In this document: piece by piece, positions 49,289 through 49,437 of the stretch
How the letters are laid out: each line of letters starts with the position of its first letter
Position numbering within the stretch: position 1 is the stretch's first letter
Source: Octopus sinensis
Taxonomy: Eukaryota
Assembly (NCBI RefSeq): GCF_006345805.1
Contig: NW_021834863.1
Span: 1-49,437, forward strand
Direction of reading: 5' to 3'
DNA: 49,437 bases
The notes under the pieces: generated by a model
What the model saw: only the letters and a program-made list of their open reading frames with translations
Database searches by the model: none
What the model was told of the DNA's origin: nothing
Translations under genes and position numbers: made by a program

Positions 49289-49437
49289 GTGGCTATGGCG
49301 AAAGAATGTATCTGGTGGACGCGTCTGAAAGGATTAGAGACAAACACTTTCCTCTCTAGTCAATCTCTCATCAATTCTTCAAGTATCACTTGAAGAAAAA
49401 AGTGAGAGTAGAGAGGCAAGTTTTGTCTAGTGAATTG
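49289..49437 (+). mobile_element. Third copy of the Tx1 LINE (starts in ORF2 C-terminus, runs off window)
   Basis: gtggctatggcgaaagaatg.. is near-identical to 42178-42325 and begins immediately after TATC repeats. Confidence 0.93.

Overview
AT-rich, microsatellite-saturated eukaryotic DNA. The SINE and LINE complement points to an octopus or other coleoid cephalopod genome (inference). Nearly all supplied ORFs are microsatellite translation artefacts. Supportable content is mostly mobile-element debris. It includes a near full-length ORF2 copy of an L1/Tx1-clade LINE (38.7-42.8 kb) with two more truncated copies, an older Tx1 subfamily, R4/Dong-like REL LINEs, CR1 fragments and a Penelope-like GIY-YIG element. 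It also includes mariner/Tc1 and Tigger/pogo transposase relics, a non-autonomous Helitron and three tRNA-derived SINE families. Best leads: (1) all three copies of the young Tx1 family sit in (TATC)n tracts, suggesting a GATA/TATC-microsatellite-targeting LINE; (2) a dispersed repeat family carries a minimal hammerhead ribozyme, with the core intact at 47959-48033 (-); (3) a head-to-tail SINE concatemer has a repeated identical tail-to-internal junction, as expected from rolling-circle copying; (4) a speculative minus-strand spliced host gene. No host protein-coding gene could be recognised by homology. All alignments and folds were done by eye, and many element boundaries are approximate.
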